Notes: generated by a model from the letters alone, not told the origin. A stretch of 64,000 bases of DNA from a virus (IMGVR_UViG_3300028832_000097:1-64000); one strand, 5' to 3'; numbered from the stretch's first letter, positions 31,032-41,275 are shown. Made by a program: numbers and translations.

Positions 31032-32582
31032 TTAAAGGTTCTCAGACAGGTCAGAGTCGATCTCATACTTATCAAAGAATTCTTGTTCATTGAATATCGG
31101 CATATTGATCTTACGACACTGATTTATGATACTTCCATTTATGTCTTCCTGCATATCACCAATCACAAGACAATCAGCAGTGGAAGAAAATATATTTATA
31201 GTATCTGCAGAGTAACTTGCGAATATTGATTTAATTTCATCAAAAGTACCATGCAAGAATCTGCCTGTAACTATTATGGTTTTATTTCTGAAAATAGGTG
31301 CGCCATCAAATTTCTTACCTTCACCTATGATTCTTATATGCGGATTATCTAATACTGCTTGAAGCTCCAGCAAATTTCTAGGATCATTCAACCAAGATTG
31401 TATGTTACAATCGAGTTCGTATGAAGATGATTGTAAGAATCTATCAAAATGTTGTAAGTAATACATCATAGTTCTGTCAGAATTATTACAGTCTTGTAAT
31501 AATGTACCAAACAACTTAGAGGAATCTGAAACATATTTAGATGGGATAGTTGCGTTAAGAACCTGCATCAATGTGCAATCTTTGACTACATTCTCAAATT
31601 TATCTAGTTCTAGTATATCAGGTAACATGAATACCTTACCGCATTTATCTACAATAGACTGATATTCTGGCTGAGTAACAGCATCAAACCCTAATGTAAG
31701 TAAAAATTTAGCAACTTGTGGATACAGAGTAGATGTACAATGAGGGTTATCGCACATCGCAACAGCTGTAGGAGCTAGTACATGTTGATGACCGCATGTC
31801 GGACAAGTATAATATACTGCACCAGAATACTGAGGTCGCATGAAATTATACAGAAGTGTGCCTGTACAATCTTCTAACAAACAATCACCTGCGTGTATAT
31901 CAAATTTCTTTGCTTCGTAATAATCTACAGAGCATTCAGACCCGTTTGCAAGTTTTAATGAAACAAGAGATTTGCCTGAATTTGGTTCCAACACCTCGTC
32001 TACAGAAATAACATCTAATGCATGTAAATCGTTGGAACAATAAGATCTGTTAGCATTTTCCCATATCCAGAATCCATCTACTAAAGGGTAATCAAATGCA
32101 TATCCAGGAAGATTAATTACTGCATCAAGTTTATCTGCAGTTAAATTGCTAGGTATGATAAATCCCGGTAATGATTTAAATTTAGCTAATCCTAACCATT
32201 GTGTAACTGCAGTAGCGTTAGGATATTCACGTGCGGTAGATACCAAGTTGCCTGCAAAGAATTCAAATCCTGAAGAATCATGTAAAAATTTATCTAACAG
32301 CCTATCTGCAATAGTATGACCTACTAATGCCGTATCGTTTATCATATCATGTGTAAATAATATTCCTTGAACCCACGTGGTACCTTCAGACGGCACTGTT
32401 CTAGATACTACATTATCTTCAATGAATTTTGTAAGGAGTTTATCATCTCCTGTTTCAGCTTGCACATATCCTTGTGCAACTTGATCAATCATGCCCCGAT
32501 CGTTGTATCGAATAGTTAAAGGAACACCTACGGGAACTACTGTTGCATAACATCCTGCTTTAAGAAAGTTTCTTACTAACAT
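31032..32582 (-). CDS. degenerate NAD-ligase-like protein with zinc finger and BRCT domain (adenylation Lys absent)
   Basis: Collinear with LigA: VPVG replaces KLDG; WVQGILF, YPLVDGFWI, CPTCG...CDNPHC and BRCT (FRNKTIIVTGRF) are present. Confidence 0.7.
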   Translation of the reverse strand: MLVRNFLKAGCYATVVPVGVPLTIRYNDRGMIDQVAQGYVQAETGDDKLLTKFIEDNVVSRTVPSEGTTWVQGILFTHDMINDTALVGHTIADRLLDKFLHDSSGFEFFAGNLVSTAREYPNATAVTQWLGLAKFKSLPGFIIPSNLTADKLDAVINLPGYAFDYPLVDGFWIWENANRSYCSNDLHALDVISVDEVLEPNSGKSLVSLKLANGSECSVDYYEAKKFDIHAGDCLLEDCTGTLLYNFMRPQYSGAVYYTCPTCGHQHVLAPTAVAMCDNPHCTSTLYPQVAKFLLTLGFDAVTQPEYQSIVDKCGKVFMLPDILELDKFENVVKDCTLMQVLNATIPSKYVSDSSKLFGTLLQDCNNSDRTMMYYLQHFDRFLQSSSYELDCNIQSWLNDPRNLLELQAVLDNPHIRIIGEGKKFDGAPIFRNKTIIVTGRFLHGTFDEIKSIFASYSADTINIFSSTADCLVIGDMQEDINGSIINQCRKINMPIFNEQEFFDKYEIDSDLSENL

Positions 32583-32607
32583 ATGTTAGACCTCCATGAA
32601 TAAATTT

Positions 32608-34512
32608 TTAATATTTTCTAATTCCAGGGAACATGTTAAATCCTCCGGAATTTGAATATCGTGGACCGTTTACACTTGCAATCGCACTAGCAAGTGTTTT
32701 AGGTGCGACAGGCACTCCAGGGTTAGTGAGGATAGCGTTCCATACAGCCCCAGCAAAGGAGTCCGAAGCGTCTTTGCTGAATCCGGGCAAATGGTCGCAT
32801 CGGCCTGTTGTACTATCACGTTGCAGTCGAATGAGCTCATCTTCAAGTAATTGGACATGTAGCATAGTTATTCTCTGTTCAACAAGAATTGTCCTCAAGG
32901 TCATGTATCCTTCAGGAGTACGATCAAGTGAAAGTTTCTTAACATTGAATCCTTGTTCCTCAAGTATCTGACCCATGTATTCACTTTGGAACTGGTCTCG
33001 ACTTACACCCTGAATGTTGAATCCTGCTTTACGCAACCAGCATATAAACGCAGTAATTTTGCTGTATGCGATGTTTGCTCCTCGAGGCGCTTGTATAGAT
33101 ACCGTGAATATATGTTCAAACACCGGCATAGAGATGGTTTTACCATCAACATCTATATCTTTCCTTCCTGAAATTGCGACACCTGAGATACCGGTTTTAT
33201 CCGTGTTTAACGACAAGTCGAGATGTATAAACATAGGTAACCGCCTTAGGTGTTCGGGAATAACATCCATGTGGAAGAATTCTTCAATAGTTAATGCATC
33301 TTTAGTACCTACAGAGATTATATCTGTAAAGAATGGGTTCTTGCGTGATTGTGTAATACAGTGATTCAATACTTCTTGTGTGATGAATGATAATGTACCA
33401 GGAATACTTACTCCCGCAATATCTCGAAGTGCAATATCAAAATCGGCTAAGAATCTTGTTTTATTGTCTTCAGGAACATCCATTAATTTGTATCCTTGTG
33501 CTGCAAGATCTGCGTAACTCTCTTCGTTCATTTGATCATCAGGAATAACAAAACTTCTAAGATTTCTGCCACCAAGTGCAATTTTAAACATCTTATCCGA
33601 AGAATATTTAGATTTAGGCCAAACTTCCCATTGAGGTTTATCAAATATATACATATGCGGATTGTTTGCTTTCTTCTGAGCAGCAATGTAATCTTCCATG
33701 AAGTCTGAATCACTGTTTTTAGAACTAATTATGTATAATCGTCCATATACCTCACCGTGTCGTACGAATGTACCTGTAACACGGGCAACCAGTGTATCAT
33801 ACTTAGCTTTCATTCTTATTTTGGCCTTGTTGATGTCTTTTATTCCGGCGGCTGCGAAATTACACTCGTCGAAAATTACTATTGCTGTGGCAAGACCAAG
33901 CGCCTGTGATGAATCTGACCCATATCGTAGTTCAATCTTGCCATCCGGAATATATGTAGGGGTAGCTTCACTCTTATTCATATGTCCATGTTCCATGAAC
34001 CAAGGTGATTCAGAAATAGTTGTCATCATTTCTTTGAATGCAACACCTTTTGCAAGTGCCATTGTAAGATTAAAAAAGAACACTAAGATAGTTGTGGTAG
34101 GTTTCAACCCAAAATAACTTTGAGGATCTCGCATACACATTATTCTGTATAGTTGGTAACATGCGTCTGAAACTGCTGTAGATGTTTTACCTGTACGAGT
34201 TGCACCTGTAAATACTATTTCATTATATTGATTTCCTGTGCGCTCAAGTTCAAGCATTACTTCCATCCATGTAGGATATATAGAAGCTCCATTGTTATTT
34301 GTGCTTCCTAAGTAGTAGGGGTGAGTTAAAAATGTTTTCTTGTCTACTGGAATTTCTTTGTAATCTGCAAGCCATACTTGCTCGTAAGTGGTAGAATATC
34401 CATAAGTAGCTAGCTCCTGGAGTATTGTACGGAGTATTTTCTGCTCTTCATGAGAACAACTGTTATATACTGCTTTTATTTTTGCAGGTAAATCAGCTGG
34501 TTGCGTCGTCAT
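32608..34512 (-). CDS. terL: terminase large subunit
   Basis: Walker A GATRTGKT, Walker B IVIFDE, ISS coupling motif, RNase H-like HLDLS...DQFQS...DH..G.SKDASDS. Confidence 0.92.
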   Translation of the reverse strand: MTTQPADLPAKIKAVYNSCSHEEQKILRTILQELATYGYSTTYEQVWLADYKEIPVDKKTFLTHPYYLGSTNNNGASIYPTWMEVMLELERTGNQYNEIVFTGATRTGKTSTAVSDACYQLYRIMCMRDPQSYFGLKPTTTILVFFFNLTMALAKGVAFKEMMTTISESPWFMEHGHMNKSEATPTYIPDGKIELRYGSDSSQALGLATAIVIFDECNFAAAGIKDINKAKIRMKAKYDTLVARVTGTFVRHGEVYGRLYIISSKNSDSDFMEDYIAAQKKANNPHMYIFDKPQWEVWPKSKYSSDKMFKIALGGRNLRSFVIPDDQMNEESYADLAAQGYKLMDVPEDNKTRFLADFDIALRDIAGVSIPGTLSFITQEVLNHCITQSRKNPFFTDIISVGTKDALTIEEFFHMDVIPEHLRRLPMFIHLDLSLNTDKTGISGVAISGRKDIDVDGKTISMPVFEHIFTVSIQAPRGANIAYSKITAFICWLRKAGFNIQGVSRDQFQSEYMGQILEEQGFNVKKLSLDRTPEGYMTLRTILVEQRITMLHVQLLEDELIRLQRDSTTGRCDHLPGFSKDASDSFAGAVWNAILTNPGVPVAPKTLASAIASVNGPRYSNSGGFNMFPGIRKY

Positions 34513-35008
34513 CCATATCACCTAATTCTGCTAAAATATTCTGTGCAGCTAATCTTACATTATCTCTGCTATCTTTATCTAGGATAGCGGTCATAGGATT
34601 AGCATCTGACCCTGCATCTTTCATCTGAAGCGTTTGAATGGTATCAGCTACTTGCATGTAAGGCTCGAGTAACTTCTGACTCTCAATCATGTTTTTCTGT
34701 AATTGAGTTTGGATATTCAGGAGTGTCAAGAAAGTTGACATATCTTCGTCACGCATCTTGTCCATACGAGCTTCAATGGACGCATACAACTTAGCTTCAA
34801 GTTTATCCATCAAATCAAGGTAGCGAATTATTCTTGCTACTTGATGGTATATCCTAAGTACTGTGATATTCTGTAATGCAATAGGAGCGGAATTTGGATC
34901 CACTGAACATGATAAAAGCGCCGTCCGCATCTGTGCCACGTCGCTTTTCTGTTTTTGCAATAACGGATCTAGCAACTGGCCGTCATCAACAGTTTTAATG
35001 TCGTCCAC
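34493..35008 (-). CDS. putative terminase small subunit
   Basis: Helical 171-aa protein overlapping the terL start; AACCTT motif upstream. Positional inference only. Confidence 0.45.
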   Translation of the reverse strand: MDDIKTVDDGQLLDPLLQKQKSDVAQMRTALLSCSVDPNSAPIALQNITVLRIYHQVARIIRYLDLMDKLEAKLYASIEARMDKMRDEDMSTFLTLLNIQTQLQKNMIESQKLLEPYMQVADTIQTLQMKDAGSDANPMTAILDKDSRDNVRLAAQNILAELGDMDDDATS

Positions 35009-35074
35009 AACTTCACCTCAATGTATGTAATTGTAATGATATATTTATATACGTAAATAAGGTTGTAATATCGC

Positions 35075-35563
35075 TTAGTTGCGTTTCATGGTTGCTTTCA
35101 ATTCATCGGGCAAACTTTTATTATGTAGTAGCTCACGCCTGACAACTTTTTCTGGATAATTTGATAATGCTGCTAATACATCAACAGGTGTGCGAACATT
35201 ACCTGCAATAACAGCTAATATGTAGTTCTTTCGAGAAGGATTAGGAAATTCAATGTATAAATCATAAAGCTTCCTTAATGTTTCAGGATATCTCGAATAA
35301 CGTGCTAACGTGCTGTGTATCAGTTTATAATCTAAATCACACAGTATTTGTTCAAATTCAGGCGGAAGATTTTTATTACACCCCAACCAATCTAAAACAT
35401 ATACATGATCTGGATTTTCATCATATTCCTTTAGTATCTTTCGAAGTGTCCTAACATCTGAAGACGTTTTAGCAATGCCTTGTAGCTCCTGCCATGAAAG
35501 GTCATTAAGAGAGGCTACTGCACAAGTTATGCTGTGCTTAGGATATTTAGTAAATGATTTCAT
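35075..35563 (-). CDS. leader-family HEAT/LRV-repeat protein
   Basis: MKSFTKYPKHSITCA leader; degenerate helical repeats. Confidence 0.7.
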   Translation of the reverse strand: MKSFTKYPKHSITCAVASLNDLSWQELQGIAKTSSDVRTLRKILKEYDENPDHVYVLDWLGCNKNLPPEFEQILCDLDYKLIHSTLARYSRYPETLRKLYDLYIEFPNPSRKNYILAVIAGNVRTPVDVLAALSNYPEKVVRRELLHNKSLPDELKATMKRN

Positions 35564-35580
35564 ATTCTACCTCAGCGAAA

Positions 35581-36534
35581 TTAATATTGGAGATACCCCT
35601 TTATTCGTAAAAGAGTATCACGAGCATTGGATGCAACAATTGTACTGCCATCCTTCTTTAGGCGCTCTAATGTATCTTCAGAAGCATTCATGTTTTCCGC
35701 TACACAGTTTCGCACAATAGTAGAAGGGTGCTTACTTAACTTATCTAGTAACTCCTGGGAGATATCAGAACGCCCTGCAACTGCAGCACACACCTCAGAA
35801 ACCTCATCATCTGCTAATTTTTCAATTATATCAACTAGGGTATTAGGATTTAATGCTACGTGCATTCTAACAGTTGCTGAATCATCATCCGAGTATTCTT
35901 CAATTATATCTTCAGGTAAATTAGGATTATGTAACAAATCAACTTTAAGCCAATCTTGCGGTAATTTAGATAACCTACGGATAAGTCGAATGTCTGCAGA
36001 TGTACTTGCCATATCGGAAATATCCTTGTCTGACAGATCCTCTAAAGGCTGTATGCTACATGTTACGACAGATTCTGCAATATAATCAGGATCTATTTGC
36101 AACTTTATGTATTCAGGAGTATTACTATTATCTAATAATGCATCACGTACCATTTGAGTATCATCATCCACCATGGATTCTAAGATTTCTGCGGATGTGT
36201 TTTCTGAGCTTGCAACCAGATACCTAACAAATTTACTTGCATCATGTGCAAGTCGCATCAATGTCTTTTCTGAAGTAGAAGGATTGTCCGCAATATCGCA
36301 TCGTATTGCCATAGGTGCATTCACTACTATTGTATCTAGAATATCTGAAGGGGTATTCTGATTACACGCAAGTCCAGAAAGAACATAATCATCAACATCA
36401 TTAGCAAGTTTCCGCAATAACCGAGTATCATGTGAAAATCTAGCAAGATCGTATCGTGTGTCTACATCTAATTCGGATAATGACTGCACTGCGCATCGTA
36501 TGTAAGTTTTTGGATAGGTAGTAAATTTATTCAT
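35581..36534 (-). CDS. leader-family HEAT/LRV-repeat protein with two tandem repeat modules
   Basis: MNKFTTYPKTYIRC-AVQSL...; a second module begins at VVTC-SIQPL. Confidence 0.75.
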   Translation of the reverse strand: MNKFTTYPKTYIRCAVQSLSELDVDTRYDLARFSHDTRLLRKLANDVDDYVLSGLACNQNTPSDILDTIVVNAPMAIRCDIADNPSTSEKTLMRLAHDASKFVRYLVASSENTSAEILESMVDDDTQMVRDALLDNSNTPEYIKLQIDPDYIAESVVTCSIQPLEDLSDKDISDMASTSADIRLIRRLSKLPQDWLKVDLLHNPNLPEDIIEEYSDDDSATVRMHVALNPNTLVDIIEKLADDEVSEVCAAVAGRSDISQELLDKLSKHPSTIVRNCVAENMNASEDTLERLKKDGSTIVASNARDTLLRIKGYLQY

Positions 36535-36535
36535 G

Positions 36536-36970
36536 TTATCCCTCTAACATTCCGATATTCAATAATGTTGTATATGCACTGTAGCGTACCACTTCATCAA
36601 AATCTTGTCTCAAATTACGCAAAGTATCTGCAGGTGTGTTATGATTGCTTGCAACTGCGCGTCGCACACTCACATAAGGATTTTTTGATAGTTGTGTCAA
36701 CGTATCTGCAGATGTATTTGGATTAGAAGCTACACAACCTGCAACTGCAGATATGTCCTTCGAAAGTTTGTCAAGCAATGCTGCAGGTGTGTTTGGATTA
36801 TCAGCCACCGCAGCACGGACAGACCAACTCTTAGAATTAGCTAATCTCCGTAATGATCTTACATCATCTGTGGTAATTGCAATATCTTGTTGTATATCGA
36901 GATCTTCATCTTCGACAGGCTGCACAGATGCATTTATAGTATATTTAGGACATATTGTATAATGTTTCAT
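36536..36970 (-). CDS. leader-family HEAT/LRV-repeat protein
   Basis: MKHYTICPKYTINAS leader; VRxAVAxNxNTP repeats. Confidence 0.75.
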   Translation of the reverse strand: MKHYTICPKYTINASVQPVEDEDLDIQQDIAITTDDVRSLRRLANSKSWSVRAAVADNPNTPAALLDKLSKDISAVAGCVASNPNTSADTLTQLSKNPYVSVRRAVASNHNTPADTLRNLRQDFDEVVRYSAYTTLLNIGMLEG

Positions 36971-36987
36971 GTTATGTAACCTTTCAA

Positions 36988-38271
36988 TTACTTTTCTACG
37001 ATAGGAACGTATCCGTCATTGCAGCTAACAAGTGTAGGACACTCAGATTTATTTACTACAAGTTCTTTGATACCTGCGAAATCATAATCAGCATCTTCTG
37101 CGTCCCAAACAACTGTAAGCTTACTGCAGTTATCAAATACACCAATTGAAAGCATATCCTCATCACGGAGTGTTACAGATTGATCTAATTCGATATCTTT
37201 TGCAAAGGAATATGCACCGAATACAACACCTTCAGTATTGAATATTGCAGTCTTTAATTTAGTACAACGATAGAATGCTCTTTCACCAATATGTGTTACA
37301 CCGGATAAATCAATGTTAGTTAATGCAGAATCTTCAAACGCATTGCGACCAATTTTAGTTACATTATTAAATGTTACTTTAGTTACATTTGATCCCTGGA
37401 AGAAACTACCTTCAATACTTGTAATACTATTAGGAAGTACAACCTCTGTAACAGATCTAGGCAGTGCAATATCAGGAATCTCGGTTACACCTTCATCAAA
37501 CTTAACATATGTAGCAGAAGAGTCAATTCTTACAATACTGTTTGCACAGTAAGTTACACCATCCTTGACATAAACCTTGAAGTATTCCCCGATAACAGGA
37601 TGTTGTGCACAGAAATCATAGAAAGCAGGCATACCTTGAGAACGATCATCAATATCATACCAGGAATCTGTTTGAAGATGTAATTGATACTTCTCGCTAG
37701 GGTCAGATTTATTCAGGAAAATAAACAAAGGTCCTTGAGATGTGTATCGCTTCCAATAGTGATCATTACCTTCGTAGGCAGTGCACCAAGAAGCTTTTTT
37801 ACCACCATCCCTAGCAAGCGAAATTGATCCTGCGTAGGTGAGTGGTTGCCAAACTTCCCAATTATCTTCTGACACAAGGAATTTTTTATCGTCGTCCGAA
37901 GCATGATGTGCTTGTTTCTTGAGCAGTTTCGCTTTCTCTTTTTCTGTTAATTCTCTGTTACCTACAGCATGTGTTGCTGCTAGAAAATCTTCAAAAGTTT
38001 TATAAGCCCCAATATCTGGGTTAGGATATCTCTTGTACTGCTTAGAGAACAGGTCTAATGCGTCTTTCAGATTATCATAATCAGATTCTGTAATATTTCC
38101 TGCATTGTATTGTTTCAAGATCCAAGGGCAATACTTGCCCCCTTTACCCGAAGAATAATTAGAGGTAGGATCTAATTCAATTAATTCCGTAAATACATCC
38201 TCTGGAATTTCTTTTGCAAATTGTGTTTTAAGATTCTCTACGGATACCGCAGATCTAATGTATCGTTTCAT
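36988..38271 (-). CDS. leader-family protein with a WCT-motif domain and BspA-type (LRR_5) repeats
   Basis: MKRYIRSA; KYCPWI...WCT...GPLFI; VT.IG..AF..C..L repeats. Confidence 0.75.
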   Translation of the reverse strand: MKRYIRSAVSVENLKTQFAKEIPEDVFTELIELDPTSNYSSGKGGKYCPWILKQYNAGNITESDYDNLKDALDLFSKQYKRYPNPDIGAYKTFEDFLAATHAVGNRELTEKEKAKLLKKQAHHASDDDKKFLVSEDNWEVWQPLTYAGSISLARDGGKKASWCTAYEGNDHYWKRYTSQGPLFIFLNKSDPSEKYQLHLQTDSWYDIDDRSQGMPAFYDFCAQHPVIGEYFKVYVKDGVTYCANSIVRIDSSATYVKFDEGVTEIPDIALPRSVTEVVLPNSITSIEGSFFQGSNVTKVTFNNVTKIGRNAFEDSALTNIDLSGVTHIGERAFYRCTKLKTAIFNTEGVVFGAYSFAKDIELDQSVTLRDEDMLSIGVFDNCSKLTVVWDAEDADYDFAGIKELVVNKSECPTLVSCNDGYVPIVEK

Positions 38272-38298
38272 ATGATGTACCTCTGAAGAGTCAGTGTA

Positions 38299-38679
38299 TT
38301 AATAGCCCCAATCGTCATCCCATTCTTCATCTTCAGAATAGGCATCGTCTAGTTCGTCATCTTCAATAGATTCTAACTGAGACATATCAAATTTTTCAAT
38401 CTTTTCATATGCCTTATCATCAATCCAACCCATAAATCGCTCAGGGTTGATCCAGCCAATATTCTTATCATCGTAGTAAATTACGCAATTTCCAGATTTA
38501 TCTGCTTCACCAAACTGAACATGAGGATCATTTACAATGTTCATGAATACTTGTAGCATCGGCTCGCCTTTGTGCTCTTTGAGAGAATTCTTTATGATCT
38601 GCTTAGGTGTAAATACTAAACTAGCAAGTTGTGTAGCTTTGTTTGTAAACTTATTTGCACATCTGATATACTTCTTCAT
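38299..38679 (-). CDS. leader-family protein (MKKYIRCA)
   Basis: Start moved to the leader Met (AAGGAGG RBS); acidic tail. Confidence 0.7.
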   Translation of the reverse strand: MKKYIRCANKFTNKATQLASLVFTPKQIIKNSLKEHKGEPMLQVFMNIVNDPHVQFGEADKSGNCVIYYDDKNIGWINPERFMGWIDDKAYEKIEKFDMSQLESIEDDELDDAYSEDEEWDDDWGY

Positions 38680-38852
38680 AATATCCTCCTTATAGGAATA
38701 CATAGTTTTAAATAATGATAACAATATGAAAGGTTATACACAGTTGAATGCATAACCTTAATATATCAAACGACATTGTAGGAGAATCCGCAATGTATTG
38801 TGACTGCTCTAGAAACCTGCAATGAATTTCCATTCATAGTAATAACAATTAG

Positions 38853-39431
38853 TTATTTGATGTCTTGAGGTTTAGCTTCTTCCTTTGTCCAAGGGAGGGC
38901 TTTCATTATCGGTTGTAGATCATGCATTACTCCGTTTCCATTGAAAGGATCTTGAGTATAGCACTTAAACATTTCACCATACACTTCACGTTCTTCTTTA
39001 GTATAATAACCCTTTTCCATACACTGATGATAGTTTTCTAGTAATCTTTCTCGAAGTATACCTGTTAATGATTGGATTATTGCTTTTTGAACAACTGCGT
39101 TTTCTTTGTCCTGTTTGTCGCGAAGCTCTCTATATTTTTTAGTTTCATCATTTGCTTGTTGTAACAGCAATATATCAGATTTAATATCCTGTGTGCCTGA
39201 TGATATAGAGTCTACTTTCTCAGAAAGTAGTGCAAAATGTTCTGTAAGTGTATCTACCTTTTTCTCTAATCCACTTTCTTTGCTGAGTTTATCTCGTTTA
39301 GCTTGATCTTTAGCCTGCTGCCATTGCCAGAACCCTGTACCTCCAAATATAGCACCGATTGTTATTATCACCTGTATCATAACAGGGATATAATCGGCGA
39401 TATCAGCAGAAAGTAATATAAGATACTGCAT
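38853..39431 (-). CDS. membrane-anchored coiled-coil protein, holin/lysis-associated type
   Basis: One N-terminal TM segment, a coiled coil, and an LRERL...Y..GNG motif seen in Firmicute phage lysis-cassette proteins. Confidence 0.5.
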   Translation of the reverse strand: MQYLILLSADIADYIPVMIQVIITIGAIFGGTGFWQWQQAKDQAKRDKLSKESGLEKKVDTLTEHFALLSEKVDSISSGTQDIKSDILLLQQANDETKKYRELRDKQDKENAVVQKAIIQSLTGILRERLLENYHQCMEKGYYTKEEREVYGEMFKCYTQDPFNGNGVMHDLQPIMKALPWTKEEAKPQDIK

Positions 39432-39560
39432 TTGTTTATACTTCCTTACACATGTGTTATTGTTCAACTATATGTAAGGTTGTATACTTGGATCTTGTAA
39501 GCTCAATTTAGAAGAAAATAAAAACATACTCGTGCTTACAAAATATTCTCTTTAAGTATT

Positions 39561-40007
39561 TCATTCCGCACCACCATTCATCTTTGCTCCGCAATTAGGG
39601 CAGAAATTGTAATATGGTTTTTGACTATATCCACCAAAAACAATATGTCCGCACCCTGAGCAATGCCAATTACCTATATTAGGGTTTGCGTCATATTGTG
39701 CATATTTCCACTCACCTTGTGGTCTTTCTTCATATCTCCAACCCTGTAACATATCAGGTACTACTTGTCCGCTTGACATAAACATTCTATAAGGTTGCCC
39801 GTCTGAACCATATTCTATTCGTGGTTCAACTGTTGGGGCATTGTCGATAGCGTGTAATATGTCCCTTACATGCACATAAGGTTCAAACATTTCGGGGTGT
39901 TCTAAACTCCTGAAAGGTTCTAATTCACCATTAGGCAAACAAGCAAATTTATCCCAAGTTTCAATCGCCTTTCTCAAAGCCTCACGGCTGATTAAATCGT
40001 TACTCAT
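39561..40007 (-). CDS. zinc-ribbon accessory protein
   Basis: DLISREAL...IDNAPTV N-module plus GEW...CSGCG...FCPNCGAKM. Confidence 0.7.
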   Translation of the reverse strand: MSNDLISREALRKAIETWDKFACLPNGELEPFRSLEHPEMFEPYVHVRDILHAIDNAPTVEPRIEYGSDGQPYRMFMSSGQVVPDMLQGWRYEERPQGEWKYAQYDANPNIGNWHCSGCGHIVFGGYSQKPYYNFCPNCGAKMNGGAE

Positions 40008-40163
40008 TCTCTACCCCCTTCTCTTTGCTTTTATCATATTCAAAAATACAAGGATTGCGGGATAATTCTTTTTCGCAGGCATAAATCTTCACACCATCAA
40101 ATCCGTAAAAATCATATGCTTTGTAATTTTTACAGTAGCGACATTGATTGAGTGTTTTCTTGT

Positions 40164-40373
40164 TCATTCCACCCCGCCTTCCTCAAACGCAACCTCATCA
40201 ATGACTTCATTAACAATATAGATAACTTCTTCCATACTGTAATCTGTCCTACCCTGACTTGCTCTGTACTTGAACTCGTCTGCTATTGCTTTCTTAATTT
40301 TATCAGTCATACTTATTTCCGTCTTAAAATTTGGCTTTACCCCAAAGGTACTAAGAATCCGCCTTTCAAACAT
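40164..40373 (-). CDS. small hypothetical protein
   Basis: Part of a chain of overlapping small genes with GAGG RBSs. Confidence 0.55.
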   Translation of the reverse strand: MFERRILSTFGVKPNFKTEISMTDKIKKAIADEFKYRASQGRTDYSMEEVIYIVNEVIDEVAFEEGGVE

Positions 40374-40501
40374 ATCAATTTACCTCGTCTTTACCATATT
40401 TTTTAATTAATCTATCCAGAATCTTATCTATCTTTAAATGTCTGCTGGACTTTTCCAATCAGTTACTTCCCATGTAACTCCATTTTTCTTCACCGGTCAT
40501 A

Positions 40502-40696
40502 TCAATTTACCTCACTTCTTAATCGTGCTTTGCAGTTATCACAATACTTGTAACACTGAATAGACCTTCCATAAGGTACAAATAATTCATTACTGCACTT
40601 TGGACAACGATAAAGCGAACCTCCTATTGCCATCTTAGGATTGAGATGCGCTACTTCCCATACAGGAATATCCTTAACAAGTATGAAATCTGTCAT
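40502..40696 (-). CDS. small zinc-ribbon protein
   Basis: CPKC...YCDNC. Confidence 0.6.
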   Translation of the reverse strand: MTDFILVKDIPVWEVAHLNPKMAIGGSLYRCPKCSNELFVPYGRSIQCYKYCDNCKARLRSEVN

Positions 40697-40697
40697 A

Positions 40698-41168
40698 TCA
40701 ATTTACCTCCGCAGCAATTACATCATTCTCGATATAGTTTCGAATGTCTTCGGTAATCTCATCATAAATTTCAATATCTTTAACGAATGTTACTTCATAA
40801 GAAGTTAATTTATCAAACTTCTTGCCGTGTCTTGTTATCTTAAACATCTTAGAAGGTATGCTTGAATATCTATTGTACAGAGGCTCTAAGGTGAGTCCTA
40901 TGACAAATTTAGCCCTGTCCCAAATTTCCACACGTTGTGTTTCGTAGTTGTAAAGTGGGATAAATATTCTAGTTAAACTACGTGATCCAGCTTCGCAGTA
41001 TTTGCAGTTATCTATTGTGCAGTGTGCATAATGATATGGGCTATCTTCAGTAGGTTCGACACGATGAACTGCATATGTATAGTCAGACAAGTAAGCATCT
41101 ATTATAGGCACCAAGAATCTAACTCTTGCAGAAGCCTTATCGTCATCTAGATGAAAGAAGTGTAACAT
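40698..41168 (-). CDS. gp32-like single-stranded DNA-binding protein (short, no acidic tail)
   Basis: FF.L.DD...ARVRFL, H...C....C.YC, FIPLYN....VEIWDR and FKITRHG...T.Y motifs. Confidence 0.6.
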   Translation of the reverse strand: MLHFFHLDDDKASARVRFLVPIIDAYLSDYTYAVHRVEPTEDSPYHYAHCTIDNCKYCEAGSRSLTRIFIPLYNYETQRVEIWDRAKFVIGLTLEPLYNRYSSIPSKMFKITRHGKKFDKLTSYEVTFVKDIEIYDEITEDIRNYIENDVIAAEVN

Positions 41169-41222
41169 GAATCTGTACCTCCGGGTAGTTTTGATAAGTG
41201 TTGTTTTATGGTTACATGTACT

Positions 41223-41231
41223 ATAACGATT
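41223..41231 (-). promoter_or_regulatory. representative of the AATCGTTAT motif (putative early/middle promoter)
   Basis: Also at 6081, 9427, 17158, 21168, 22994, 24976, 48562, 50925 and 56728, with one-mismatch copies near 7621, 15228, 24759 and 53337. Confidence 0.65.
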
Positions 41232-41237
41232 CTAGGT

Positions 41238-41275
41238 AAAAAAAAATAAACCTCAGCCGATGATTGACTGAGGTT
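41238..41275 (-). terminator. Rho-independent terminator
   Basis: AACCTCAGTC..GGCTGAGGTT followed by a long T run. Confidence 0.8.

Noticed and set aside
32608-34512. Intein in the terminase or helicases
   Set aside because: Lengths are normal, and no C/S...HN intein termini or LAGLIDADG motifs were seen.
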